64,000 nt of DNA from assembly GCA_038496445.1 (NCBI GenBank), contig JALMLS010000056.1, forward strand, positions 62,001 to 126,000, written 5' to 3'. The position numbers were made by a program, and so were the translations under genes. A model generated the notes under the pieces. The model had not been told where the DNA came from and ran no database searches. It was given only the letters and a program-made list of their open reading frames with translations. Positions within the stretch are counted from its first letter, which is position 1. Every line of letters starts with the position of its first letter. Of the stretch, positions 63,680-64,000 are shown one piece after another. The stretch comes from Trichosphaerium sp. ATCC 40318. Lineage: Eukaryota > Protista > Tubulinea.

Positions 63680-64000
63680 ACTTAAAATAAAGATGGAATT
63701 CGTGGCTATACAGTTGGTAAAATCGTTACACATTTGTTTTACACTTGCTTTCTTTTTCTTTTCGATGAATTCTAGCAATGGCTATCAGCCATAAAAACAA
63801 TACTCAACCAGAGGCAAGTGGGTTGCTTTTTACGTTTGTTGAAGTGGTAAGTGATCCTTTTGATGTACACGTTTTTTTTTGGCGGTTTTTTTTTTCAACG
63901 CTGGTAAGTTTTTCAGTAATTCTGGCCAGCCATGTCGATGACGTACATTGTATCATACGGCAACGTAACTAAAACATTCGAGAAGACGTTGTCAGCAGAA

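Noticed and set aside
63778-64000. Possible 3' end of a minus-strand gene at the window edge
   Set aside because: Too little sequence to support a call.

Overview
AT-rich, gene-dense eukaryotic (protist-like, possibly amoebozoan) nuclear DNA. Most genes have many short (about 35-120 nt) GT-AG introns with GTAYGT-like donors and CTAAC-like branch points, so the ORF track shows only fragments; I spliced the genes by hand and exon boundaries are approximate. About 25 protein genes are supported: BAH-domain protein, two STE20-like pseudokinases, three MORN2-repeat proteins (two with an F-box), an intronless PTP, PITH protein, F-box/LRR, SDR, a large USP, AP endonuclease, RFT1, GCDH, a divergent eIF2-gamma, an SRF-type MADS box, an AIFM3-like Rieske flavoprotein, DH-PH-WD40-SH3 RhoGEF, NOP58, TMEM181 and GH76. 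The most notable items are largely invisible in the ORF track: (1) a tankyrase-like MORN-SAM-PARP gene with an intact H-Y-E triad; (2) a deiodinase-like selenoprotein with an in-frame UGA and a GUGA type II SECIS; (3) alternative 3' ends that would give the AIFM3-like protein a soluble, tail-anchored or NLS-bearing C-terminus; (4) three intronic box C/D snoRNAs in NOP58, two of them near-identical duplicates.
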